A stretch of 64,000 bases of DNA from Anaerolineaceae bacterium (GTDB lineage: Bacteria; Chloroflexota; Anaerolineae; Anaerolineales; Anaerolineaceae), in contig PWSY01000101.1 in NCBI GenBank assembly GCA_003563055.1, forward strand, positions 1,222 to 65,221, given 5' to 3'. The notes beneath the pieces were generated by a model. That model had not been told where the DNA came from. It did not search any database and worked only from the letters and a program-made list of their open reading frames with translations. A program made the translations under genes and the position numbers. This document shows positions 48,270 through 58,666 of the stretch, piece by piece (position 1 is the first letter of the stretch; each line of letters begins with the position of its first letter).

Positions 48270-49235
48270 ATGCAATACCGACATTTAGGAAAAGCAGGTG
48301 TGAAGCTCTCTGAGCTTTCGCTGGGCGCCTGGGTGACCTACGGTCACCAATTCGGCCTAGAACAGGCCAAACAAATTATGACCGCTGCCTTCGACACCGG
48401 GGTAAATTTCTTTGATAACGCCGAAGCCTATGCCAATGGCCAGGCAGAAGATATTATGGGTCAGGCGCTCAAAGAATTGGGCTGGCCGCGCAAAGATTAT
48501 CTCGTCTCTACCAAGGTCTTTTGGGGCGGAGATGGCCCCAATGACAGGGGGCTATCTTATAAACACATTATTGAAGGCGTCAATAATGCCCTAAAACGTT
48601 TGCAGTTAGATTATGTCGACCTGGTTTTTGCGCACCGTCCCGACCCCGAAACACCTATCGAAGAGACCGTGTTCGCCTTCAACCAAGTCATTCGTGAGGG
48701 TAAAGCATTCTATTGGGGCACCTCAGAATGGTCTGCCGCGGCCATTATGCGCGCCACAGATTTTGCGCGTCGGAACAACCTGCGCCCGCCTTCAATGGAA
48801 CAACCTCAATACAACTTGTTCGCTCGACAGCGTTTTGAAGAAGAATATGCCCCCCTCTATAAGGAACTCGGGTATGGTACAACCACTTATAGTCCGCTTT
48901 ATACAGGCTTGCTGACGGGAAAATACAACGACGGTATCCCCGAAGGGAGTCGCGCCTCCTTAAAAGATTTTGGTTGGATGAAAGACCGCGTTCAAGATGA
49001 GCAGAAATTGGCCATAACCCGAAAACTGGCTGAAGTGGCAGAGGATCTTGGCATAACAATGGCCCAAATGTCGCTGGCCTGGATCCTGAAGAATCCTCAT
49101 GTCAGCAGTGTGATCACAGGGGCCAGCAATGTGTCTCAAGTAGAAGAAAATATGAAAGCAGTGGCCATTAAAGAAAAACTGACCTCAGAAGAGATGGATA
49201 GAATTCAATCCATCATTAAAGACATCAAAGAATAA
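48270..49235 (+). CDS. Aldo/keto reductase (Kv-beta/YghZ-like)
   Basis: MQYRHLG, FFDNAEAY, STKVFWG, HRPD, YWGTSEW, EQPQYN, YSPL, VITGAS. Confidence 0.95.
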   Translation: MQYRHLGKAGVKLSELSLGAWVTYGHQFGLEQAKQIMTAAFDTGVNFFDNAEAYANGQAEDIMGQALKELGWPRKDYLVSTKVFWGGDGPNDRGLSYKHIIEGVNNALKRLQLDYVDLVFAHRPDPETPIEETVFAFNQVIREGKAFYWGTSEWSAAAIMRATDFARRNNLRPPSMEQPQYNLFARQRFEEEYAPLYKELGYGTTTYSPLYTGLLTGKYNDGIPEGSRASLKDFGWMKDRVQDEQKLAITRKLAEVAEDLGITMAQMSLAWILKNPHVSSVITGASNVSQVEENMKAVAIKEKLTSEEMDRIQSIIKDIKE

Positions 49236-49263
49236 CTGCTCATTCTCAGCAACAACGATTGTT

Positions 49264-49296
49264 AAGGCTGCTCCCTATTGGGTGGGCAGCCTTTTT
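49264..49296 (+). terminator. Intrinsic terminator
   Basis: AAGGCTGCTC-cctattgggt-GGGCAGCCTT followed by TTT. Confidence 0.75.
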
Positions 49297-49399
49297 GCAT
49301 GGATACGGTCATCCTTGCTTGGCCTGTTTCTTTTATTACAACACAATTCAGGTTAGAATAAATAAGCGCTAATTTTAATAATTGGATAAAGGACAGATT

Positions 49400-52189
49400 A
49401 TGTCACCCATCTTATATTTGCTCGACGGCCATGGCCTGGCATACAGGGCTTATTATGCCCTGACTGCCGGTGGAACCCGTGCAAGCGCCTTTCAAACCAG
49501 CAGTGGTGAACCAACGGCCGGTGTATATGGTTTTACAAGCATTCTCTTAAGAATTTTTGAACAAGAAAGCCCAGATTACCTGGCGGTGGTCTTTGATAAA
49601 GGCAAAACTTTTCGTCACGACCTCTATCAAGACTATAAAGGCACCCGGGCAAAGATGCCCGACGACCTCCGATCGCAGGTTGAACGAATGCGGGAGATTG
49701 TAGATGCCTTTAATATTCCACGGTTAGAGAAAGAGAATTTTGAAGCCGATGATGTCCTGGGTAGTGTGGCACGCTGGGCAGCAGAGGAAAAAGGGTTGGA
49801 TGTGAAAATCATCACTGGCGATAAAGACCTTCTCCAGTTGGTCACAGACCGCGTGGTGGTCAACTTGGCTGGGTCCCGTCTGTCAGATGCCAAAGATCAC
49901 ACGCCCGAGGATGTCGAGAAGAAATTGGGCGTTCGGCCAGACAAGGTTGTAGACTTCAAAGCCCTGTGTGGTGATTCCTCAGATAACATCCCCGGTGTGA
50001 AGGGCATCGGTGAAAAAACAGCCGCAAAACTTTTAGAACAATTTGGATCGCTTGACGGAATCTACGACCATTTGGACCAAATCAGTGGTCGGGCAAAATC
50101 TGCCCTCGAGGAGAACAAAGAGGTGGCCTATCTCAGCCAAAAGCTCTCCCGGATTGTGACCGACCTGCAAATGGAACTCGATCTTGAACAGGCCCAGATT
50201 GAGCGGTTTAATCCTCAAGCTGTTGAAAACCTGTTCCGTGAACTTGAATTTAGATCATTGACAAACCAATTAAATGTCCTGGTAGGTAAAATGCACCCGC
50301 TTATGCCAGAGGGTGACCAGATGGATTTATTCAGCGTTGCCCCGGATTTTACAACTGCAACACACGGGGAAGATTCCATCCAAACCATTCTGGTCGACTC
50401 AACCGAGTCTCTAAACACACTAGTGAAAGACCTCAAATCTGCAACGAGGTTTGCTTTTGATACAGAAACCACCGCCACAGATCCTATCAGAGCAAAATTA
50501 GTGGGCATTTCTTTGGCCACCCGCCCTGATCAGGGATATTACATCCCTCTGGGCCATACATCCGGTCAACAGCTTTCTCTCGATGAGGTGTTTACCGCCC
50601 TGAAAGACCCAATGACAGACCGAAAAATCGAAAAATGTGGGCATAATCTCAAATACGATTTCCTGGTGCTAAAACGCGCCGGGATGACAGTGTCCCCTCT
50701 CACCTTCGATACGATGATCGCAGAGTGGCTAATCAACCCGTCTTCACGTAACCTGGGCTTAAAGAACCTTGCCTGGGTGCGCCTTGGCTATGAAATGACT
50801 CAAATTACAGCACTGATCGGGAAGGGACGCAATCAAAAAACAATGGACCAGGTTCCTATTGCAGATGCAGCTAGCTATGCCGTTGCTGACGCAGCCATAT
50901 GCCTGCGATTGCTCCCCCAACTCGAAGAAGAGCTAAAGCATCAGGCTATGGAAAGCCTCTTCCAAACCATGGAGATGCCCCTGGTAACGGTCTTGGCCGC
51001 CATGGAAGAAGCCGGGATTATGCTTGACACCAATTTCTTTGACCGCTTCTCGCTTGAACTGGAAGAGAAGCTCGTCAATATGCAAACCAAAATTCACGAG
51101 TCGGCTGGGTTGACATTCAACCTGAACTCGACCCAACAACTTTCTGAAGTGTTGTTTGAAAAACTCAACCTTGAGCCGCCAGATCGCGCCCGGAAAACGG
51201 CGTCTGGCTTTTACTCGACGGCTGCCCCTGTGCTGGAAGCGATGCGGGGCCAACATCCGGTGATCGAATGGGTGCTTGAATACCGGGAGTTAGAAAAATT
51301 GCGGTCGACCTATGTCGATTCTTTACCCCAGCAGGTCAACCCGGAGACTGGCCGGGTGCATACCTCTTTTAACCAAACAGGCACTGTCACCGGCCGTATC
51401 GCGTCCTCTGACCCAAATCTTCAGAACATTCCCACCCGAACGGAGATTGGCCGGCGGGTGCGCAATGGATTCATTGCCCAACCCGGCTGGACGCTCTTGG
51501 CGGTGGACTATTCACAAATCGAGTTGCGAATCGTCGCTCACATGTCCCAGGACAAAGCCATGCTAGATGCCTTCCGAGGTGGGCAGGATATCCATGCAAC
51601 AACAGCTGCGGCTGTTCACGGGATTAACCTATCAGAAGTCACCTCCCAAATGCGTCGACATGCCAAGGCGATCAATTTTGGCCTGATTTATGGCATGAGC
51701 GCCTATGGACTAACCAATGCAACAGACCTCACATTATCAGAAGCAGAGAGCTTCATCACCACCTATTTCGAAAAATTCCCGGGTGTTAAAAAGTACCTGG
51801 ATGGCATCCGCAAGGAAGCTGCGGAACAGGGCTATGTAAAAACATTGCTCGGCCGCCGGCGCTACTTCCCGAACCTCAAGCAAGGCACAGGCCATGCCAT
51901 GCGACAACGGGAAGAAAGAGAAGCAATTAATGCCCCCATCCAGGGTACCGCAGCGGATATTATTAAGATTGCCATGCAGCGATTACCAAAAGAAATTAAG
52001 CAAGCCGGTATAGGTGCAAAAATGCTGCTGCAAGTCCATGACGAGTTGATCTTTGAAGTACCGCAGGCAGAACTGGATGAAACCACCCAACTGGTGCGTC
52101 GCGTAATGGAAAATGCATACAAGCTGGATATCTCTCTGAGCACAGAAGCCAAATCAGGAGCGAGCTGGGGCGAGATGAAAAAGTTGTGA
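49400..52189 (+). CDS. polA: DNA polymerase I
   Basis: 5'-3' exo (LLDGH, EADD, GDKD, GDSSDNIPGV), 3'-5' exo DTETT, polymerase DYSQIELR, KAINFG, QVHDE. Confidence 0.98.
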   Translation: MSPILYLLDGHGLAYRAYYALTAGGTRASAFQTSSGEPTAGVYGFTSILLRIFEQESPDYLAVVFDKGKTFRHDLYQDYKGTRAKMPDDLRSQVERMREIVDAFNIPRLEKENFEADDVLGSVARWAAEEKGLDVKIITGDKDLLQLVTDRVVVNLAGSRLSDAKDHTPEDVEKKLGVRPDKVVDFKALCGDSSDNIPGVKGIGEKTAAKLLEQFGSLDGIYDHLDQISGRAKSALEENKEVAYLSQKLSRIVTDLQMELDLEQAQIERFNPQAVENLFRELEFRSLTNQLNVLVGKMHPLMPEGDQMDLFSVAPDFTTATHGEDSIQTILVDSTESLNTLVKDLKSATRFAFDTETTATDPIRAKLVGISLATRPDQGYYIPLGHTSGQQLSLDEVFTALKDPMTDRKIEKCGHNLKYDFLVLKRAGMTVSPLTFDTMIAEWLINPSSRNLGLKNLAWVRLGYEMTQITALIGKGRNQKTMDQVPIADAASYAVADAAICLRLLPQLEEELKHQAMESLFQTMEMPLVTVLAAMEEAGIMLDTNFFDRFSLELEEKLVNMQTKIHESAGLTFNLNSTQQLSEVLFEKLNLEPPDRARKTASGFYSTAAPVLEAMRGQHPVIEWVLEYRELEKLRSTYVDSLPQQVNPETGRVHTSFNQTGTVTGRIASSDPNLQNIPTRTEIGRRVRNGFIAQPGWTLLAVDYSQIELRIVAHMSQDKAMLDAFRGGQDIHATTAAAVHGINLSEVTSQMRRHAKAINFGLIYGMSAYGLTNATDLTLSEAESFITTYFEKFPGVKKYLDGIRKEAAEQGYVKTLLGRRRYFPNLKQGTGHAMRQREEREAINAPIQGTAADIIKIAMQRLPKEIKQAGIGAKMLLQVHDELIFEVPQAELDETTQLVRRVMENAYKLDISLSTEAKSGASWGEMKKL

Positions 52190-52238
52190 AATGGTCTTTT
52201 AGAGCAAGTCAGGGATGCGATAAAAATGCCGTTTAAAC

Positions 52239-53588
52239 CTATACCACTAAATTTCCCCGTCCATAAAGCTTTTCCCGGATATGGAGCACCTGGCGGCGCA
52301 GTCGTTCATCCGTCTCCATCAGGTCAGTGACCTTTGCACAGCCGTAGATGACAGTCGTATGATCACGGCCACCGATTAAGTCCCCTATTTGAGGCAATGA
52401 AACGCCCCCTTCTTCACGGAGCAAATACATGGCAATTTGGCGAGGCAGCGCAACTTCACGTGTGCGCTCCCGGCCTAACAAGCGTTCATTCGAAACACCA
52501 AAGGCATTTGAGACGGCTTCCAATACATCACCAGGCTGCAAGTCTAATCCTTGGGGCAAAAAATCTGTCAGGGCATTATGTGCCATCTCCAGTGTTAAAG
52601 GAACACCGCTGAGATCAGAATAAGCCAGCACTCGGTTGAGGGCGCCTTCAAGCTCCCGGATATTGGATTGTACCTGGCGTGCGATCATCTCAAGGATATC
52701 CGTTGGGACTTCTCGACCCGCACGCTCTGCTTTTGCCCGCAGAATTGCCAAACGTGTTTCAACATCGGGAGGGTGAATATCTGCTGTCAAGCCCCATTCG
52801 AAACGCGAGCGAAGGCGCTCTTCCAATGTCACCAATGCTTTGGGTGAACGATCTGAAGATATTACCAGTTGTTTGTTCTGTCCATGCAGGGTGTTGAAAG
52901 TATGGAAAAATTCTTCCTGCGTGGATTCTTTGCCGGCGATGAATTGAATATCATCAATCAGTAAAATATCAATATGACGATATTTTTCTCTAAACGCAGG
53001 TGTGGTATGGGTACGAATAGCATTGATCAGATCATTGGTAAATTCTTCAGATGACACATAAAGCACGCTCAACCCGGAAGGTTGACAAGCATTGCCGATG
53101 GCGTGTAAAAGATGGGTTTTCCCCAGACCCACACCGCCATATAGAAAAAGCGGGTTATATGCTCTGGCAGGGCTTTCAGAGACGGCCATGCAGGCAGCGT
53201 GAGCCAGACGATTGTCAGAACCAACAACAAAATTATCAAAGCGGTAGCGACCGTTGATGGTTGGGTTTTCTGTTGCAGGGGGGAGGCTTACAGAATTAGC
53301 TTTATCCTCACCAGGCTGCTTTGACAGTTGTTTGTTCGCAGACCATACCTTAATTTCTGTTGTCACAGGGTGACCCATCATGCCAGTTAACAGCCTTGCC
53401 ATCGTCGCGCTCAGGCGGTCATCAAGCCAATCACGTGCATAAGCATTCTTGACACCGATCTCAAAACAGCTCTTCTCGTCATCATAGTCAAGTAATTCCG
53501 CACTGCTAACCCAGGTATCAAAAGAAGCTTTAGACATTTCAAGCTGAAGTTGACCAAGGGTGGCTTGCCAGGCATGTTCTGCTTTCAT
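52239..53588 (-). CDS. dnaA: Chromosomal replication initiator DnaA
   Basis: YNPLFLYGGVGLGKTHL, LLIDDIQF, EEFFHTFN, RLRSRF, NIRELEGAL, RQIAMYL, GGRDHTTV; GAGGA RBS before ATG 53588. Confidence 0.97.
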   Translation of the reverse strand: MKAEHAWQATLGQLQLEMSKASFDTWVSSAELLDYDDEKSCFEIGVKNAYARDWLDDRLSATMARLLTGMMGHPVTTEIKVWSANKQLSKQPGEDKANSVSLPPATENPTINGRYRFDNFVVGSDNRLAHAACMAVSESPARAYNPLFLYGGVGLGKTHLLHAIGNACQPSGLSVLYVSSEEFTNDLINAIRTHTTPAFREKYRHIDILLIDDIQFIAGKESTQEEFFHTFNTLHGQNKQLVISSDRSPKALVTLEERLRSRFEWGLTADIHPPDVETRLAILRAKAERAGREVPTDILEMIARQVQSNIRELEGALNRVLAYSDLSGVPLTLEMAHNALTDFLPQGLDLQPGDVLEAVSNAFGVSNERLLGRERTREVALPRQIAMYLLREEGGVSLPQIGDLIGGRDHTTVIYGCAKVTDLMETDERLRRQVLHIREKLYGRGNLVV

Positions 53589-53926
53589 TGAATGGTCCTC
53601 TTTTCTGTGCGGTACAATGATCCACCGATGATTTTTGTGTAAATTGACAAAAAAACACCACTGGTGATGAAAATTCAGTGGCGGTAACAATCGACCAATA
53701 CTTGATTTCCAATGGATAAATATTTAGCCGTCCGCTCGTCTCTCAATTACCCTTGATTTTAACAGAGAATGCCTGATCCCTCAATGAATTTCTACCCATT
53801 TTTCCTAAAAATAAGCCATTCTTTAAGACAACCGTATATTAAAAAATATCATTTATCTGATAAGTAATAAAAAAGCCAACTCGCCTGCTGACTCGAGCCG
53901 GTTTAGAGAAGTATTCAGGTTTTTAA

Positions 53927-53942
53927 CCCCTATATATGGGGG
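53927..53942. promoter_or_regulatory. NrdR-box-like palindrome upstream of dnaA
   Basis: CCCCTATATATGGGGG fits the C-w-A-t-A-T-a-T-n-G core of NrdR boxes; single copy. Confidence 0.35.
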
Positions 53943-54047
53943 GTAACTGTCCAGAATAAGTGAAAATCACCACATTTGGAGATTGCGAAAAAAGTTGATT
54001 GGGCGGAAAATGCTCATATGTTCGAAGACAAGACACAAGAATTGGAA

Positions 54048-55367
54048 TCAGGATTTTATGTCCTTAATCATCATCTTCGCGGCCCTACGACCAATCTCAA
54101 CCGCAAAATTGGTTCCCCGATCCCAGGGGTAGACCTGGCTCATGCTGGCAAAATACAACCCGGCCAGCGGTGTACGAATCGCCGGGATATTTTTCGAATG
54201 ATTCAAAAGCGGCACAGGTTGGGCATATTTGGTTCTGAACAGCCAGGTCTTTTTGACCCAATCGGGTGAAAAATGTGGGTTAAATTTTGGCAGGTGGTGC
54301 AAGAATAATTTTTTAATTTCTTCCTCGGTCAGATCAAAGTAAGCGTGGTTTTGTGGTAAGTAATCCCCAATATACACAATATGATCGCCGCCGAAGTGTA
54401 TTGGCGAAATGAAATTCGTGTGTTCCACCAGTGACAAAAAGGGGAAACCAGCTTGCTTTGGTATGTTATACCAGTAATAACCCTCTTCTGACAGCGGCTT
54501 TTTTAACGACAACACCATCACGACTGCCCCCATGCTTTTGAGGGATAACAAACCTTCAAGATACGATTCTGGTAAATCGGGTGTGATGTGGGCTAACAAA
54601 CCAGGGGAAGTGGTGGCGAGCACCTGGTCGAAGGTACAGCTCTCACCTGCGGCTGTGACAACCTTTAGGCGGCCCTCCTTCAGGGGCTGGATGGCATGAA
54701 CCGGCGTTTCAAGCTTGATGGTCACACCCATCTCTCGCAGCTTGTCAGCAAAAGCATCATTAAAGGCTTGAAAACCACCTTCAAAGGTTCCCAGGCGCGT
54801 TGTCCGAGCATGCAGACGCGCCCAAAGCCAGGCCATATTGACGACTTGATTATACTTATCGCCAAATTTCCCGATCATCATTGGCTTCCACATCGAGTCA
54901 TAAACTTTATTACCCGCCCACTTACGCATCCAGGCATCCACGGTGGTTTTCTCCAACGCCTGCCAGTTATTCGTCAAACGTAAAAATAGACCGACCAGCC
55001 CAAAACGAACTTTATTGATACCCCAACCCAGCCCCGGGTATAGTAGTGCCGCTTTTATTGAATCAAAGGGATAGAATTTTCCCTGATAATACATAACCGT
55101 CACCGGACGCGGGAAAAGCACCTTGTCCTTCCAGCCCAGCTCATCAATTAATCCAAGCATATACTGATCAGATTGGAACCAGTGGTGGTAAAAACGCTCT
55201 ACAGTCCAATCCCAATGTTGTTCTTTAAAACCAGCAGCCAGACCACCCACATGATCAGCCGCCTCGTAAATAGTCACATCTTTACCTGCTTTTGCCAGAT
55301 CATAAGCTGCCGACATCCCACCAACACCTGCACCGATAACAGTAACGGCTTGAGTTTCAGCCTTCAT
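54048..55367 (-). CDS. FAD-dependent oxidoreductase (protoporphyrinogen oxidase/amine oxidase-like)
   Basis: VIGAGVGG Rossmann motif, GGLA, ERFYHHWF, YAQPV, YPWDRGTN. Confidence 0.88.
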   Translation of the reverse strand: MKAETQAVTVIGAGVGGMSAAYDLAKAGKDVTIYEAADHVGGLAAGFKEQHWDWTVERFYHHWFQSDQYMLGLIDELGWKDKVLFPRPVTVMYYQGKFYPFDSIKAALLYPGLGWGINKVRFGLVGLFLRLTNNWQALEKTTVDAWMRKWAGNKVYDSMWKPMMIGKFGDKYNQVVNMAWLWARLHARTTRLGTFEGGFQAFNDAFADKLREMGVTIKLETPVHAIQPLKEGRLKVVTAAGESCTFDQVLATTSPGLLAHITPDLPESYLEGLLSLKSMGAVVMVLSLKKPLSEEGYYWYNIPKQAGFPFLSLVEHTNFISPIHFGGDHIVYIGDYLPQNHAYFDLTEEEIKKLFLHHLPKFNPHFSPDWVKKTWLFRTKYAQPVPLLNHSKNIPAIRTPLAGLYFASMSQVYPWDRGTNFAVEIGRRAAKMMIKDIKS

Positions 55368-55371
55368 ATTT

Positions 55372-56415
55372 TTAACCTTTCGGTTCGTTGGCTTCAGGAA
55401 GGGCCTGGGCTTGCATTTCTTCGATGTCCATCGTCCACTTTAGCCCTTCCTGAATAAAGAAGAATGTGCCAAGCAAGGTGATGGGCACCCACAAGGCCAC
55501 CCGCAGCACAAGGGTATATCCCAGGGCTGGTTCCGAAGAAATGGCATAAGCCTCCAATATCGCCCTGCCAGCAGCATCAAAAGTACCCAACCCACCCGGT
55601 GCAGCCGGAATAAGCAACACCATATTGACCACCCCATTCATTAACATCAACTGGCTGTAATTGAGTCCAAAACCCAATGCCTGGTTGACACCCCAAAATA
55701 AACCTGTTTCCATAACCCAGATGATTATTGAGGTCAACAGGATCATCACGGCATCCTTGGGTGAGCGGAGGCTCATCAGCCCATCCAGAAATTTGTCACT
55801 GATACCAATCACGCGCGCGCTCACGCTTTGCGGCAATATCCTATTAATCATGCCGTGGGTCAGTCGGATTGCGGGTTTGGGAAACATGGCGACCAGGATA
55901 AAAATGACCAAACCAAATAAGAAGATCACCGCTGCCCAAAGTGCTACACCCCCCAAATTTGAGAAGCGACCCGCGCCTGGCAGGCTGGCCAGATGTCGCA
56001 GGTTGAGCAAAACAAAACCCACCACAACCACTGAGTCAAACATCCGTTCAACAACGATGGTGGCTAAACCACCTGAAATTGGGGATTGATGCCGTCTTTT
56101 GACCACCACAGCCCGCATTACTTCGCCCACACGTAATGGGAAGACATTATTCCCCATATAGCCAATGAGAATTGTGGTGAATAAACTTACGATAGAAATT
56201 TTTTTAAGTGGCTTAAGCAAATATTGCCAACGCCAGGCACGAACCAGTTTACCGCCAAAGAAAATCACCAAACCAGGCAATATCCACCACAGGTGGATAT
56301 CCTGAAAAGTGGCCCAAAGCTTTGCATAATCTATTTCTCGAAAAGCAAGATACAAGAATACCGCTGAAATGACCAATCCCAGCCAGATGAACCACCGTTT
56401 GTAGTTTCTTTTCAT
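55372..56415 (-). CDS. Lysylphosphatidylglycerol synthase TM/flippase-like protein (UPF0104)
   Basis: RAWRW, GYMGNNVFPLRVGE, VERMFD, PAAPGGLGTF; multi-TM. Confidence 0.88.
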   Translation of the reverse strand: MKRNYKRWFIWLGLVISAVFLYLAFREIDYAKLWATFQDIHLWWILPGLVIFFGGKLVRAWRWQYLLKPLKKISIVSLFTTILIGYMGNNVFPLRVGEVMRAVVVKRRHQSPISGGLATIVVERMFDSVVVVGFVLLNLRHLASLPGAGRFSNLGGVALWAAVIFLFGLVIFILVAMFPKPAIRLTHGMINRILPQSVSARVIGISDKFLDGLMSLRSPKDAVMILLTSIIIWVMETGLFWGVNQALGFGLNYSQLMLMNGVVNMVLLIPAAPGGLGTFDAAGRAILEAYAISSEPALGYTLVLRVALWVPITLLGTFFFIQEGLKWTMDIEEMQAQALPEANEPKG

Positions 56416-56523
56416 GCCAGAAATTTTACCATGCTAATCCTTAGAATGAAAATAAAATAAAATCTTTAACTTGATTGAAACATGATCGTTCTCTTAAAGT
56501 TTGAAAATGGTATACTTGCCAAT

Positions 56524-58452
56524 ATGTCCCTGATCACTGCCAACAACCTTTCTAAATCCTTTGGGCCAGATGATATTTTTGAGGGAATTGCATTAACCAT
56601 TCCTCGTGGTGCCCGGATTGGCCTGGTCGGTCAAAACGGCGTCGGAAAGACCACACTTTTACGCATCCTGATCGGGTTGGACTACCCAAATACCGGTACC
56701 GTTCAACCTTCCAAAGACCTGACAATTGGCTACCTGCCCCAGGAAGCGACCCTGATCACCGAAGGCACACTCTGGGAACACTGCCTGGCTGTCTTTGATG
56801 ACATCCGCCAGATGCAGAAATCGCTTGAAGAATACATGTCTGCCATGTCTGATCCAGACCGGGCAGATGAAGCCGTGGCCAGGTATGGCAGCCTGGAACA
56901 GGATTTTGAGCAGCTTGGCGGATACACCTATGACGTGCGAATCAAACAAACCCTCTCTGGCCTCGGATTTGACGAAAAGGATTACCATCGCCCAATCACA
57001 CAGCTCTCAGGGGGAGAGCGCACCCGTGCATTGCTGGCTAAATTGCTCCTTGAAGACCCGCATCTGTTGATGCTGGATGAACCTACCAATCACCTGGATA
57101 TCCAGGCAGTTGAATGGCTCGAATCATTCTTAAGAGATTGGGAAGGTGCTCTGGTTGTGGTCTCCCATGATCGCTACTTCCTAGACCAGGTCTCAACAAC
57201 AATTTGGGAGATGACACCGGCATTAGAAGTTTATCGAGGCAATTATTCTGCTTACCTGACACAGCGTGAAGCACGCTATACCCGGCGCCTGGCAGAATAC
57301 GAGGCACAGACCGCGTTTATTGTAAAAGAGCAAGATTTTATCCGTCGAAACATCGCCGGTCAGAAAACCAACCAGGCCAAAGGTCGCCTGCGAAGGCTGG
57401 AACGGCTGTTAGAAGACTCCCGCCTGGCGCCCCCACCCAATGAGCCTCGCAGAATGCATATCAACCTCAACCCGGTTGGGCGTTCAGGCGACCTGGTATT
57501 ACGAACCCATAACCTACAAGTGGGCTATCACGACGAGGGGCAACCACTTTTCGATTGTCCTGACCTGATTTTGCAACGACAGGAGTGTGCGGCCATTATC
57601 GGGCCGAACGGTGCCGGCAAGTCCACCTTCTTTAAGACAGTTCTTGGCAAAACGCCTCCCTATTCTGGAAAAGCCCAATTAGGTGCAAGTCTTAAGGTCG
57701 GTTATTTTGCCCAGGCCCACGAAGGCCTGGACCATGAAAAAAACTTGGTGCAGGAAATTCATAGTGTTGCGCCAAACATGCTCCCCGCAGAGGTGCGCAA
57801 CTACCTGGCAAAATTCCTCTTTTCTGGCGAAGATGTCTTTCGGAAAGTCAACACCCTTTCAGGTGGCGAGCGTGGACGGCTGGCACTGGCGAAGTTGTCA
57901 TTAAGCGATGCTAACCTGCTCCTGTTGGACGAACCGACCAATCACCTTGACCTGACCACCCAGGAAGTTCTCGAATCAGTTCTTTCGAATTTTCCTGGAA
58001 CGATTTTGCTGGTGTCCCATGACCGCTACCTGATTGACTCACTCTCCACACAAATTTGGGAAGTTGACCCCTTAAACCAAACACTGCATGTTTTCGTCGG
58101 ATCATATACCCAGTATAAAGCACATCAATTGAAGATGCAGGAACCACAGTCGGCAATAGACAGGGTTGATAGAAAATCACTGGAAACGGTTGAAAATAGC
58201 TCACCACCAAAGAATGAGGGCAAAACCTTGTCGAAATATGCTCGGCGAAAAATCAAATCTCGTCTGGCAGAAATTGAGGATGAAATTCAATCCTTGGAAG
58301 CAGAACTTGAGAGTTTATCTCTCGCATTTGAAACACCTCCTGAAGATTCAACAGAAGTCCTCCAATTGGGTGAAAAGTATGTGACCGTGCAGGAGCAGAT
58401 TGAAAAACGCCTGGCCGAATGGGAATCGCTAGAGCAGAAACTGGCCAATTAA
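56524..58452 (+). CDS. ABC-F family ATPase
   Basis: Two ABC domains (GQNGVGKT/LSGGE/LDEPTNHLD; GPNGAGKS/LSGGE/LDEPTNHLD), no TM, C-terminal coiled coil. Confidence 0.95.
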   Translation: MSLITANNLSKSFGPDDIFEGIALTIPRGARIGLVGQNGVGKTTLLRILIGLDYPNTGTVQPSKDLTIGYLPQEATLITEGTLWEHCLAVFDDIRQMQKSLEEYMSAMSDPDRADEAVARYGSLEQDFEQLGGYTYDVRIKQTLSGLGFDEKDYHRPITQLSGGERTRALLAKLLLEDPHLLMLDEPTNHLDIQAVEWLESFLRDWEGALVVVSHDRYFLDQVSTTIWEMTPALEVYRGNYSAYLTQREARYTRRLAEYEAQTAFIVKEQDFIRRNIAGQKTNQAKGRLRRLERLLEDSRLAPPPNEPRRMHINLNPVGRSGDLVLRTHNLQVGYHDEGQPLFDCPDLILQRQECAAIIGPNGAGKSTFFKTVLGKTPPYSGKAQLGASLKVGYFAQAHEGLDHEKNLVQEIHSVAPNMLPAEVRNYLAKFLFSGEDVFRKVNTLSGGERGRLALAKLSLSDANLLLLDEPTNHLDLTTQEVLESVLSNFPGTILLVSHDRYLIDSLSTQIWEVDPLNQTLHVFVGSYTQYKAHQLKMQEPQSAIDRVDRKSLETVENSSPPKNEGKTLSKYARRKIKSRLAEIEDEIQSLEAELESLSLAFETPPEDSTEVLQLGEKYVTVQEQIEKRLAEWESLEQKLAN

Positions 58453-58666
58453 TCCCATCCTCGTCATCAACGCATCCACTTAGACATGCCATGTCTTCTC
58501 GCCACGCCCCTCATCGTGAGCCTTCACCAGGCAGGCAAACACGTCCGTTCAAACCCTCCAATTATCCACCAAGGTTGTAAAATAATAGTGGATTAAACAC
58601 CAAGCCATCCACAAACATGTGTCAAATTAAAATCGGGCTGTACCCGGGTATTGTGGCGCGCCTGAT

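Noticed and set aside
58562-58615. Second DnaA-box cluster (TTATCCACC, AGTGGATTA, CCATCCACA)
   Set aside because: One 8/9 and two 7/9 matches only; compatible with chance.
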